Below are positions 36,020 through 49,386 of a stretch of DNA of 64,000 bases, in pieces (position 1 is the stretch's first letter; the number at the start of each line of letters is the position of its first letter). The DNA comes from Heterodontus francisci (lineage: Eukaryota), in NCBI RefSeq assembly GCF_036365525.1, contig NC_090403.1, forward strand, positions 35,845,461 through 35,909,460, read 5' to 3'. A model generated the notes under the pieces. It was not told the DNA's origin. It saw only the letters and a program-made list of their open reading frames with translations, and made no database searches. The position numbers and the translations under genes are program-made.

Positions 36020-38058
36020 TAAGAGGATATGTTTCAGGTACGGGCTAGATACATTCCAACAAAGGCAAAAGGTAGGGGAACCAAAGCCAGGACTCCTTGG
36101 ATGACAAGGGAGATAGAGAATATGATGAAACAAAAAAAGAGGGTGTATGATGCATGTCAGATAAATTCTTCAAGCGAGAACCAGGCCAAATATAAGTTAA
36201 GAGGGAAAGTGAAGAGGAAAATAAAACTGGTAACATGGAATAAAATGGCAGTTAATATGAAAGGGAACTCAAGAATCTACCAGCAACAAAGTAGTAAGCA
36301 GGTAGTAAAAGGTTGGGTGGGTCCTATTAGGGACAAAGAGGGTGCAATATACGTAGAGGCGCAGGGCAAGGGCTACAATACTTAATGAGTACTTTGTATC
36401 ATTGTTTACGAAGAAAGAGGATGCTGACAAAATATCGGTAGAAGCAGAGATGGTGGAGGTATTGGTTGGGGTGAAAAGTGAGAAGCAGGAGGTATTGGAA
36501 AGGCTGTCAATCCTGAGTGTAGATAAGTTGCTTGGTCCTAATGGCATGCATCTGAGGTTGCTAAAGGTAGTGAGGGTGGAGATAGCAGAAGGGCTTGTCA
36601 TAATCACCCAATCTTCCCGAGATATGGGGGAGGTGCCAGAAGATTGGAGACAGGCAAATATGACACCCTTGTTCAAGAAAGGGTGTAAGGACATCTCTAG
36701 TAATTACAGGCTGGTCAGTTTAACATCAGTGGGTAAAGTTTTACAAACAATAATCAGGGAAAAGTCAATAGGTTAATTAATGATATACACCACAGATTTG
36801 TAAAAGGCAGATCGTGCTTGTCTAATCTAATTGAATTTTTTGATGAAGTAACAGAGAAGGTTGATGAATGGAATGCAATGGATATTGTCTATGTGGATTT
36901 TAAGGGAATGTTTGACAAAGTACCACATAAAAGGCCCATTAACAAAATTGAGGCTCATGGAATAGAAGGGTCAGTGTCAGCTTGGATTAAAAAAAAATTG
37001 GCTTAAGGACAGAAGGCAGCGGAAATGGTTATTTTTCAGATTAGAGGATGGTAGTCAGTGGTGTTCCCCAAGTGTCAGTGCCAGGGCCATTCTTTTTTTT
37101 GATATATACAAATGACTTGGATATTGGGATACAGAGTAAAATTTCAAAATCTGTTGATACCAAACTTGGAGGTGTGGCCGACATTGAGGATGATACTAAT
37201 CAACTGCAACAGGGCATAGATAGGCCAGCAGAATGTGCTGACAAATGGCAGATGGAATTTAATACAGAAAGTGTGAGGTGATACATTTTGGCAGAAGGAC
37301 CAGGGAGAGGCAATATAGGCTTAATGGAACAATTCTAAAGAGTGTGCAAGGATAAGAGGTATCGTGGGTTCATACGCATAGATCTTTGAAGGTGGCAGGA
37401 CATATTAGAGAGTAATTAACAAAACATATGTGATCTTGGGCTTCATAAATAGAGGTATTGAGTACAAAAGCAAGGAAATTATGCTGAACCTTTACAAAGC
37501 TCTGATTAGACCACAACTATGTATTGCCTCGAGTTCTGGTCATCACGCTTTAGGAAGGATGTGAGGGTCCTTGAGAAGGTGCAGACAAGATTTACCAGAA
37601 TGGTTGCAGACATGATTGATTTTAGCTACAAGGTTAGGTTGGAGCAGCTGGGTTTGTTTGCCTTGGAGCAAGGGAGATTGAGGGAAGATTTGACAGAGGT
37701 ATACAAGATTATGACCGGTTTAGACAAGGTAGACAAAAAGCTGTTCCCATTAGCTGAGCATACATGGACTAGGGAAAACAGATTTAAGGTTTTGGGCAAG
37801 CAATGCAGGGGGATGTCAGGAAGAACTACTTCACGCAGCAAATGGTAATGACCTAGAACACTCTGCCTATGACGATGATGGAAGTGGAGACGATCAAAGA
37901 TTTCAAATGGAAATTGAATGGGCACTTGAGTGAAATAAACTTGCAGGGCTACGGGGATAGAGCAGGGGAATGGGACTGACTGGATTGCTCTACAGAGAGC
38001 TGGCATGGACTTGATGGGCCAAATGGCTGCCTCCTGTGTCATAATGATTCTATGACTC
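36020..38058 (+). mobile_element. CR1 LINE, 5'-truncated, RT to 3' tail
   Basis: VPEDWRQANMTPLFKKG; NLIEFFDEVT..VYVDF..FDKVPH; SGVPQ.SV.GP; FWSSRFRKDVRVLEKVQTRFTRM. Tail ATGGGCCAAATGGC...(ATTCTATG). Many stops. Confidence 0.9.
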
Positions 38059-39364
38059 AAATAGAGACTAATATTTCACACTCCTGTGTCTTATAATGTA
38101 CATGAATTAATTAAGGTTTCAGTGAATTTTCACAATCAGCAATGCCATCATTGGAAGCCGCAATTTCCCCCCTGTCCTGTCCCTATTCTGTCTCTATTTC
38201 TTTGAACTTGGCCAAAGGGATTGAGGAGGATGGTCTGAAAAGTGTGCTAAAAAAATCAATTTGTTGAGTGAGAGTTTATTTTTGTGGCACTGCAACTTGT
38301 AGCTTCTAACCCCTAGATAAAAGAAGTAAACAAGTGTCTGCCTCTTACAAGCAATAAATCTAAGTAGGCTGCATATTTACAGAGCCACCTTAATTCTTTT
38401 GGAGAGGAGGGGCAGTTAGCAAAATGATAGCGAACAACATCTTCACCTTGTCACAAAGTTACAAGTTTTGTTCCCCTGAATCCAATTCTTCCAGTACTTG
38501 CACAGTGCAATTATTGCACTGCCGCCAGAGTGCTTTAGTTAGTTAGCCACTGCCGCAGTAATTCTATAGGATATTTAACATGGGAGTTACTGTACAAATA
38601 CATCTGTTAAACATGTAACCAGTCAATAACAGAACATTCTGTCAAAGTGCTTCTCGGAGGACACAGTTTCCCTTATGAGGTTGAATCATATAGGTTTGGG
38701 AAAAGGATGGTCCAACAATTTATAATCGACTGTCTCAGATCAGTCAGCGCTAAATGGTTGAGACTTGTCTCATAAGCAGCTCAACATGCAATTTGAGCTC
38801 TCCAAAGGCTGTTTCATTGGTTGCTGTGTCCCGACGCGGTGCTACTTCAGGTGTGGTGACAGATGGCTGTGAAACAGACAGGAGGGGGGTGGGAACAAAT
38901 CCAAGTACCTACAAAGCGTGTAATTCTATCCACAGCCATCTGAGTCTGTCCATACAGGTGGAAGGCTTGCTATTGTATAGGCCTCCACTCCCAACTAAAG
39001 AATCAACATTTGGCACCTTTTACTTGATTAATTGTCATGTTAAGTGGCTTCACCTGTGCTTTAAATGTCCATTCAGTTTGGTGGAGGTGGTAATAGTCTC
39101 TTGAGGGGAGCAGTTTACCTCTAGTTTGGTCTCTCTCAATTCTGAGCTACACAATGAATGAACACAAGTCGGACAGGTTTCTCACTCGATGGGAAATACT
39201 CAAATACAACAAAACCTATTGAAAGATGTATTGAAGGGAATTGTATAGAAGTGAGTTTTTTTTGTCAGTTGTATTTATAACTAGAAAATGTTCTTTCCGA
39301 AAACAATATGAGTAAATACCATTTGATGGAAAATAGAAGAGTAATGTACAAAGCCTTTTTCACA

Positions 39365-39408
<44 letters not shown>
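39365..39408. repeat. (TG)4(TA)18 microsatellite
   Basis: Read directly from the sequence. Confidence 0.95.
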
Positions 39409-39412
<4 letters not shown>

Positions 39413-40185
39413 TACACTTTACAAATAAAACCCCACTTGTACTGAGATGAGGAAACCACAATTGGTCCCTGTGTCCCTGAACTAGACAGAGTACAAGTTT
39501 TCCAGGGTTCCCATTCCTGAACTCCATCCAATAAGTCCTGCTTTCCAATGGATGCATGAGGATAGGGTCAGGCTAGACTACAACACCTATTAAAGTTGAA
39601 TACCCACCAGTAGTCATTATGCAGGCTCAAATGTGAAGAATGACCATTTGGGTGAAGTAGCAGAGTGCTGCTGGTCCCTGTGAATTAATAGCTCAGCACT
39701 GAGTTGGCATCTTTAGGGGAGGAGGAAATCAAAGCAAATCCCTTTCACTTTAGAAGGATTTCACTATGTCAAGCATAATGGATGGCTATCAGTGCATTGC
39801 ACGACAATAAACCGATTAAAGGGTTCAGGTGACGTCGTAAACATTATTTGCACCTTGAGATTGAATTACCACCATAATTCACGAACAGCTATTTGCAATT
39901 ATTTTAAAGTTAATGAATTTTTTCATTCATTTTGACATAGTTGCCAATTTCTTTTTTGCTTTTGATCTAATGCTGTGCGACTGCGAATTCCAGGATTTCA
40001 GAATTGTGCCATATGAAAACATCAATTCACTAAACCATCTTATTTTCTGGTTTGCACTGTTTGAATTTCATTGATATACAAGTTCATTCTGAATGGTAGT
40101 CTTATTGCTGTTGCCTCACTGATTGATGATTTCAAAATTAGATCATCAAAATGTTAGTACCAGCAGGTGCTGCCTAAGGAGCCTA

Positions 40186-42087
40186 GGATGTTGATAGTGG
40201 GGATTCAGCGATCATAATGCCATTGAATGTCAAGTCGATGCCGGGCATCTTCCAGTTAGTTGTTTAATTGTCCGCCACCATTCACGACTGGATGTGGCAG
40301 GACTGCAGAGCTTATATCTGATCCGTTGGTTATGGGATCGCTGAGCTCTATCTATCGCATGCTGCTTACGCACTTTGGCACGCAAGTTGTCCTGAGTTGT
40401 AGCTTCACCAGGTTGATACTTCATTTTTGAGGTATGCCTGGTGCTGCTCCTGACATGCCTTCCTGCACTCTTCATTGAACCAGGGTTGGTCTCCTGGCTT
40501 GATGGTAATGGTAGAGTGGGGAATATGCCGGGCCATGAGGTTACAGATTGTGTTTGAGTACAATTTTGCTGCTGCTGCTGATGGCCCACAGCGCCTCATG
40601 GATGCCCAATTTTGCATTGTAGTTCTGTTAGAAATCTATCCCATTTAGCACTGTGGTAGTGCCACACAACACGATGGAGGGTATTTTCAATGTGAAGGCG
40701 GGATTTCATCTCCACAAGGACTGTGCGGTGGGGCGGCACAGTGGTGCAGTGATTAACACCGCAGCCTCACAGCTCCAGCGACCCGAGTTCAATTCTGGGT
40801 ACTGCCTGTGTGGAGTTTGCAAGTTCTCCCTGTGTCTGCGTGGGTTTCCTCCGGGTGCTCCGGTTTCCTCCAACATGCCAAAGACTTGCTGGTTGATAGG
40901 TTAATTGGCCATTATAAATTGCCCCTAGTATAGGTAGGTGGTAGGGAAATATAGGGACAGGTGGGAATGTGGTAGGAATATGGAATTAGGGTAGGATTAG
41001 TATAAAGTGGGTGGTTGATGGTCGGCACAGACTCGGTGGGCTGAAGGGCCTGTTTCAGTGCTGTATCTCTAAACTAAACTAAGTACTGTCATGGACAGAT
41101 GCATCTGCGGCAGGCAGATTGGTGAGGATGAGGTCAAGTATGTTTTTCCCTCTTGTTGGTTACCTCACCACCTGCTGCATACACAGTCCAGCAGATATGT
41201 CCTTTAGGACTCGGCCAGCTCGGTCAGTAGTGGTGCTACCGAGCCACTCTTGGTGATGGACATTGAAGTCCCCCACCCAGAGTACATTCTGTGCCCTTGC
41301 CACCCTCAGTGCTTCCTCCAAGTGGTGTTCAACATGGATGAGTACTGATTCATCAGCTGAGGGAGGGCAGTAGATGGTAATCAGCAGGAGGTTTCCTTGT
41401 CCATGTTTGATCTGATGCCATGAGACTTCATGAGGTCCGGAGTCGATGTTGAGGACTCCCAGGGTAACTCCCTCCTGACTGTATACCACTGTGCAGCCAC
41501 CTCTGCTGGGTCTGTCCTGTCAATGGGACAGGACATACCCAGGGATGGTGATGGCAGCGTCTGGGATATTGTCTGTAACGCATGATTTTGTATGACTATG
41601 TCGGGCTGTTGCTTGACTAGTCTGTGGGCCAGCTTTCCCAACTTTGGCACAAGCCCCTAGATTTTAGTAAGGAGGGCTTTGCAGCATCAACAGGGCTGGG
41701 TTTGCCATTGTCGTTTCCGGTGCCTAGTTCAATGCTGGGTGGTCCATCCGGTTTCATTCTGTTTTATTGACTTTGTCGCAGTTAGATACAACTGAGGGCA
41801 TTTACGAGTCAACCATATTGCTGTGGGTCTGCAGTCACATGTAGGCCAGACCAGGTAAGGACAGCAAATTTCCTTCCCTGAAGGACATTAGTCAACCAGA
41901 TGGGTTTTTACAACAATTGACAATGGTTTCATGGCCACCATTAGACTAGTTTTTAATTCCAGATTTATTAATTGAATTTAAATTCCACTTTCTACTGTGG
42001 TGGGATTCGAACGCATGTCCCCAGAGAAATATCCTGGGTCTCTGGGTTACTAGTCTAGTTACAATATCACTACCCCACCACCTCCCC
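40186..42087 (-). mobile_element. CR1-group (Zenon-like) LINE with tRNA-like 5' head; single ORF starting with AP endonuclease; internally deleted and 3'-truncated
   Basis: Head has A-box-like TGGTGGGGTAGTG and B box GTTCGAATCC (42003-42012). APE motifs RLVKQQPDIVI, LLLITIYCPPS, WVGDFNVHHQEWLGSTTTDRAG. Linker KPGDQPWFNEEC. Post-RT piece LTFNGIMIAESP joined at ~40234. Confidence 0.82.
40731..41082 (+). mobile_element. HE1-type V-SINE inserted in the Zenon-like LINE
   Basis: Full-length copy with (TAAAC)n tail. LINE sequence continues on both sides. Confidence 0.9.
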
Positions 42088-45000
42088 AAATTCAAGTTAT
42101 ATGTAATATTTATGAGCACCTCCATATAATCATTGTACATATCAACTGCTCATCAAATGATAATCAAATCTTCATTTCAAGTTAACTCACACCAACAAAA
42201 AAAGCACTTTTTCTTCAAACTCTAAGACTTCTGTGCAGGTTCATTTCATGCAGAAAAGTCTGATGAAAGGGTTAACTATATGCAACTTCTAGCCCCATTT
42301 TATTCTTACTTACAATGCTTGACAGCAGTCCAAAATGCGCATGGTATTGATTTTCTTGCTGAATTTATAGACAATAGAGGAGTAATTTTTCAAATTCACC
42401 TTTGGGCACATTTTGCCTGCCAAGATGTCAATGATTTAGGGGGATTGAGGCAGGGAGTAGTGGGGGAGGTGGGTGCAAGCTGATGACTAAAGTATATGCC
42501 TGAACTCCCAAATTTGGCTCGTGGCGGACATAGTGATGTGCTTGATGTGCAAATTCAAAAATATCACTGCTCCCATCCCCCTTAAATATAAAACACTTGA
42601 ATCTAATTTAACTCCTTGCAGAAAGGTGGGGAAGGAATTATGGTATGGAAACATTAGAGCTGTTATAGCAATAGAAGATCTATATGATGATACTGGTATG
42701 CATGCCATCTAATAGAGATTATAAATATATGTTTTCAATGTGTTGATTATATTACAGTGGATTCCTCATGTTAGGAACTGATCACACCCCAGCAGCAACA
42801 CTGCAGTACAAGGTTCTGGCTGAAATTGAAGTGCAGGAAGCATGCGTGCCTCAATTATATCACACTTGCAATTTTGTCACTATATGCAGAGATATCAGAT
42901 GATGCGTGCCTCATGAGATCCAAACAAATTAACATCTTGTTTTCGCAGTAATGTCTTTTTTTTGGTCAGGCAGCCGTTTTATTTTAAAAGTCGGGCCAAA
43001 CTGAAATGTGTTGGCTTCTAAAACGTTTTGAAAATTAACTTGTTCAGATGCTAAAAACAGTTACTTGAATTTTAATCAGAAGAAACTATTTCTCAATATA
43101 CGTCCTAAATATACCTTTAGCACAGATGAAGAATTTATCATTGGAATGGGGAAGATGGTAACAAGCAACAAAGGATCAGAGCTTGAAACAGTGGAGGTGG
43201 GAATTGGAGGGATAAACACACTGATGGACTTCACAAGCAACTGTTGTATTGTTTTGTTTCAGCCTCACCAATGTTCAAAGATGACTTGCCCCTGGCTAGC
43301 TGGAGTATGGAATTTTTCACACCCGAAATTGGGTATGCACTATTTTGTGACAAGGACTTGTATTTACCAAGAATTTGAGGGTTGAGCTGGAAAAGAAGGT
43401 CACTACTGACTTTGGGTATGATATTTCTATGGACAAGGTCAATGATGTATAACTGTTAGAGAAAAGGACAATTCAGACAGTTTATCGGTTAGGTCAGATG
43501 CAGATGGATTGTTGAAGCATCCCATAAATTGCAGTAACCATGCAGAGTGCCCTCCAACCCTGAAAAACCGTTCAAACAAAATACAGTGATTACAGCATTG
43601 CCTACATTCCTTGTAAAACTATTTTAGCTGCCTTTGTAATGTTTTGGAGATTTTAGACTGGCAATTATCTAAAAAGTAGAATAAGTCATGCATTAGTATA
43701 ACAGATTTATCTGAAAGCAAAATTTAACATGCACAACTGAAATTATTACACTGAAAATGGCTTAATTATTGTTACATTTTTTTCCCTTTCAATCTTCTCT
43801 CTTCTTTTCTGAAGACAGTGCCACTTAGGTAGGGTTTTGTGGATGCCGCAGATCTCAATCCCACTATTTGTGCCCATTGCAAACGATTGAACCCAGACAT
43901 AAAGTGTTGAAAGGTTAATTCATTGTGGAGGGCATCCTAGCCAGTCCAGGTTCAGATGTGACATCCACACAGGTACACTTTCCCACAGGAGTACCTGTTT
44001 AGCGATCAACAACAAGAACCCCTGCTACCTTTTCTCTTTCCTAGTCCAGAGGGGTTACTTGCACCATTGATACTGCTGTCAAGGCATCAGCAATGTAATT
44101 ATTCTCCTTCAGTCGCATCATGCAAAATCTTACCAGTCGCATTAGTGCTCAGCCAAATCGTACAGGCCAGTGACATGATTTCCTGACTATTGGATAGTAC
44201 CGATTTTCATTAGTTATAGGACAAGCTTTGGTAGCCCTAAATAGTCCCAAATCATGACTTTTAAATGGCTGTAGTTGTTTAATGCTGCTGGTGCTGTAGA
44301 ATTATCATCATGGATGCTGCATCAGTGGGAGCTCAAGGCTATTATAGAATTGCTTCTATCTGAGCTGAATCGGAGATCTAAATGTAGAATAAAAGTATAA
44401 CTGAGAATCTACCGGGGAATACATTTGCTGTCAGTGGACCTACTTAAATACTGCAAGATAAGAATTTGCAATATTGAATGAGTTATTGAAAAATATTTTT
44501 TACCAGATGACTGGATTATTCATACACAATTTGACACAATCTGCAAACTATTCAGCACTACTTGCCATTTTTCAAAATTTGTTACATGTTTTGAACAGTA
44601 TGCTTCAAAGACCCTGCCAGTTTGTCAATATGTTGGCAGCTGCAACCTGCCATATCTGTTCCAAACATTGTATTTGTTGTAGAATAAGTGGTTTAAACCT
44701 TTCTTAAAAAATGAAATACCAGATGCCGTCACCAATCTCATCAAGGTAACCATCTCTGTTTATAAAGGAGGTAAAGTGCTCCACAAGACCCTCAAACTTG
44801 GAAATAATGTGTAATTTTACACACAGCCAGTCCGTAATTTTCCATGCCTAATTTTTAAGTGAAAATAATTTGACAAAAATCCCAAGACGTGTGAATACAA
44901 TTGTTCAGGATAATCCAACATGACAGATGAAATCCATTTAATGCGACAGAAAACAATGAGATAATCCATGCAAATGAGCCATTTTGGAAATTGGTGCAAC

Positions 45001-45499
45001 AAAGGTGTGTTGTTTCATATGACACAGTAACATCTGGAACTCGACAGTCAGCCATGAGACAGTGCTGGGATCACAAAGCTTTTTCACTTTGAAGACTATT
45101 AGCTTATTGCCTTCCAGGTCAGGTATGGTGAGGATCAAAGCCCCTTCTATTACACTCTTGATGCATTCCGATTCTAACTTTTGAAAAACACCCAGATAAT
45201 GCAACACAACACATGAACCACAGAAAGACGAAAGTTGTTTCACTCCATTCAATTCTGTTTCTGTAGATTTCTTCTTCTAAATTATTTCTCGATATCCTTT
45301 ATTCATTTTGCATCCTCTAAGGGACTCGGTGTTGCTTCTCTTTAGACAGATAAATTCATCCAACTCTCAATGAGAGCATGTTTCATCAATGTGGCTGCAG
45401 CATGTACTGCTAAATTCCCAGACCTTTGCTCTCTTCCATCATGCTCAAGGTTGATAGCGTGGAATCACTGAATTCACTCCAAGAGCTTTCCAGATGCAA

Positions 45500-46230
45500 C
45501 AATGATTAGAATCAGAAAGAGGCCATAGCACCTGTATCAGTTTACTAAGGAACTATCCACTTAGTTCCCTACCCTTTCCAATTCAAATATTTATTGTGTT
45601 CCCTTTTATCAACTCTATTTCCGCTGGTATTTTTGGGAGAACATTTCACAATCTTCAATCTGCATTCAAAAAAATTCCCCTAACCTTTTTTTTTGTTTTT
45701 TGGTGATGATCTTAAATTTATGCACTTTCATTATCAAATCACTGACCAGTGATTATTTTCCCCTATTTGACTTATCAAAAAACCTGTGAAATTTTGAGCG
45801 CCTGAATCAGATTTCCTTCGCTGTTCAAGTGTAAAGAACCCCAGTTTCTCTTGTTGCCATTATAATTAAAGCTTTTCATCCCTGTTATCATCTTAGTGAG
45901 TTTCATCTGCACCCTCTCCATGACCTTGACATCTTTCCTAAAGTAAGGCCCCCAAAAATTGCAGGTATTATTTTAACAGCAGTTTAATGAATGATTTGAT
46001 TGAGTTTGGCATTACCTCTTGGCTTTTGTAGCCTTACATAGAATTACAAAGAACTTGTATCACAGAAACAGGCCATTCAGCCTAACTGGTCTACGCTGAT
46101 ATTAATAGTTAACATGAACTTCCTCCCACTCTAATTAGCTCTTCCCACATATTCCTCAACTCCTTCTCCCTCATATGTGCATCAACCCTCCCCTTAAATG
46201 CACTGAGAGTACTACCATGAAGCTGAACCA
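45500..46230 (-). mobile_element. Highly diverged CR1 3' fragments
   Basis: Degenerate CR1 tail motifs (AGAAAGAGGCCAT, AGAAACAGGCCATTCAGCC) and remnant RKDVKVMERVQ. Confidence 0.55.
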
Positions 46231-48100
46231 TACAGAAAATACAAAGGAGACGAATAAAATGGTCAACAATATCAATGATGCAGAGATCAAGATAGGCAAG
46301 AAGGAAAAATGTGCTGCAGCCAGACAACAGCATGCAGTTTGAAACCAGATATTGAATTAAGAGTTCTGAGGCACTATATCGTGCAGCTGGGTGGCAACAA
46401 TGCAGTCAAGCATCTTGGAAAGAAATGGTAGGTTAGAGAAAGGGCCGTAGTATTCCTGGACAAAAGGATCAATGGTAGGTTTCTTAAGCAAGAGTTGATG
46501 ATTGTGATCTTTGAAGGATTGGGAACAAAGCCAGATAAGAGAACAAGGCTGACAATATCAGTGAGCACCTGGTCGAAAAGACAACATTGAATGGTTAAGA
46601 GCTGTGTTAGAAATGGCTCACTGGAAGCATAGAAAAAAAATGAATGAGTGGTGGGGAAAATCTTCGGATTTAGGGGTGACTTGATTTGGAGAGGTACATC
46701 TAGCTTCTGATATTTGCAAGTATGTAGCAAGTGTGCAAGTACTTAAAACTAAAATTATGCCCATAGGGCTAGTAATATAAACATACAGTTCTGTTCAATG
46801 TATTGTTTAACCACATATAGAAAGCTTCGAATCCAGCAGAAGGTTCCATTATGTACAGAACTTCAGAAGCAGTCCAGCTTTTTTCATCACTGTTTTTCAT
46901 GCTGTACCAAGGGACGACCAAAGATCACTTCTGGATTTAACATTGGATTTTTTCACAAATTGCTGTTGAATGAATATGTTTGGGTGACAAAGGGTTAAAG
47001 AAAATACTTGCTAATTATCTCCGCTTGTTATATCTCAGAATAATACCATAAAAATATGAAGAACTGTATTCCAATAACTGTATTCCAATACATGGGCATT
47101 GTATAAAATTGCATTTGCAATCCACTGTGTTCGCAATGATCAATTCTATACAGAACAGTTAGGAAGTGTCATAAGGTGATGGGATGAAATTGATTGCAGT
47201 TGGCAATCTGATTGCAGCATTGAGCTCTCTGTCACATCCTTTTCCCCAGAAATCTAAAGGAGGTCTACTGATGTCCAATAAGGTTCTCCTCTTGAATGGA
47301 GAGCTTTACCATTGACCATTAAGAGGAAAGGAGAAAATTAAAGGGATGGAAAAAGAAAAAAATGTGTATAGAAAAACACAAAACCTGAAGGTATCCATTC
47401 TCCCAATGGCTGGTTCTGTCAAGGTACTGAGGCAAATTTAGGAAGATGAAAATAATCAGTCAGGATTCCTGCTCCTAATCTATCCAGTTCCTCTGCTAGG
47501 GAGTGCCATGTGTTGGAGGCAAAGCAGGACAAAGTGGGTTTGGCTTCAGTTCTCCCCCATTGCCAAATGCCTGTGAGCACAAATGAAAAATGATCACTTG
47601 GGTGAGATAACAGAGGGCTGTCAGTGGGTGTGAGCAGGAGTCAGTGTGTTTGGGAGAAGAAAGGAGAAGAACGTAAGGAAAGAACAAATAGAGAGCTGAT
47701 ACAAGACAAAGAAGACTAACAAATTAATATTACAAGTCACTAGAAAATGTGATTGAAAAACAATTGAAATTAAGAAAACACAGTACAGCCAATGGCCTAA
47801 GTTAACAATTGGATCAGAAGCAAGTTGTCAGAAAATACTGTTATCTGATCTGATTAAGACCAAAATCATTGTATGGATAATGATTCTGGTAATAGTACAT
47901 ATCTCAATTGTCATTTAGCAATCTGCACCACATGTCACTTTAATATTCTTAAACTCAACCTGACCCACAATGTCTATACAATGAATAAAATATTGCATCA
48001 GTGATATTACTCATTGTACTTTGGTTCTTGAAAAAGACCTTCATAACTGTCTTGTGGGATTAAGTCTAATTTAAAATTGTGTTTTGTCGCCTGTCAAGTG

Positions 48101-48248
48101 CTAACAGCACTGTGGGTGTATCTACCTCATATGGACTGCAGCGGTCCAAGAAGGCAGCTCACCACCATCTTCTCAAAGGCAATTAGGGATGGGCAATAAA
48201 TGCTGGCCTAGCCAGCGACACCCACATGCCATGAATGAATAAAAAAAA
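48101..48248 (+). mobile_element. 3' end of CR1-group LINE whose tail is shared with the tRNA-headed SINE
   Basis: Reads NSTVGVSTSYGLQRSKKAAHHHLLKGN* then GGATGGGCAATAAATGCTGGCC...GAATGAATAAAAAAAA, matching the SINE tails at 1214-1278, 16501-16568 and 18781-18851. Confidence 0.75.
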
Positions 48249-48799
48249 GTATAGAATTACCCTTTATACACGTAATGTGTACAGCGTGCATCATTTACAT
48301 TCTCATCAAACTGCACCCCAGTTGAGTTTTATACATCTGAAAATAACATACAGAAATTTTTAACTGGAACATAGATCGTTCTAGACTCAACAGGTGACAT
48401 ACTAAACTTGTGAGCCATTTGTTGTCAAGTTCTCCATATTGTTTTTTTTGAAATTTGGTCTTTGTCTAACAGCTCATGCTCAATTTAACCAGCCTTGGTT
48501 TTCAGCAGCTTGTGTGTGAGCTTGGCTGAATTGGTAGCACTTTCTAAATTACGTGCAGGAGTTTGTGGATTCAAGCCTTATTCAGGGTTTAAGCAATCAT
48601 CTTAGCGGACCCTCCAGTATAATACTAAAGGAAGGTGCCATTGTTGGATATATTGCCTTTAATCCATTTGCCTATTCTAGTGATTCAAGTAGGTTTTGAA
48701 AATCTCAGAGCACTGGAGCAGACAATACTCATGCTACCCTGGCCAACATTCTTCCTTCAGAGAATGCCATCCAAAAGACAAATGACCCTTTTTCATCTC

Positions 48800-48941
48800 T
48801 CAATTGAGTTCTGATGAAAGGTCACAGACATGAAACGTTAACTCTGCTTCTCTCTCCACAGATGCTGCCAGACCTGCTGAGTATTTCCATAACTTTCTGC
48901 TTTCATTTCAGATTTCCAGCATCCATGGAATTTTGCTTTTA
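48800..48941 (+). mobile_element. Short Penelope-tail insertion with hammerhead motif (48806-48844), inside an old DeuSINE
   Basis: GAGTT-CTGATGA-A-AGGTC(aca)GACAT-GAAAC-GTT-AACTC. 12-bp direct repeat CTTTTTCATCTC at 48788-48799 and 48942-48953. Confidence 0.8.
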
Positions 48942-49386
48942 CTTTTTCATCTCCTAGCTGTTTCTGAGATCTTGCTAAAATAGAAACACTGCTGCATTTG
49001 CCGACACATCTGTCATTTGAAAAAACATTGACAAAATTAGATATGATCAGTCACTATTTATATTTAATATTCATCAATAAGATACATATATTTGAAGTAT
49101 TATCTAAATAATCTATTAAAATGTAATCTTTCATTCTGATGTAGAGACGCTGCTACAGACTTTCAAGAGCTTGTCACTATGAAGAGCTCTTTTCACCACA
49201 GCTTTGTAACTCACTGGGACCAATTTTGACATGAATTATCTCCAGACCTTTTCACACCTAACCTAAAAGTAAATGACGTTGGATAAACCATAATAGATCA
49301 GATGCTAAGAAGGGTCCTGTAACTGTTCCAGCATGCATTCTCTGACTAGTTTTCTAGCTCTACAGCCTAACCAACAGTCCTAGAAG

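Noticed and set aside
42259-42280. CTGATGAAAGGGTTAAC as another hammerhead
   Set aside because: Helix II and the GAAA core are missing. At best a deleted relic.
44938-45252. 104-aa minus-strand ORF
   Set aside because: Non-ATG start, no family similarity and no partner exons found.
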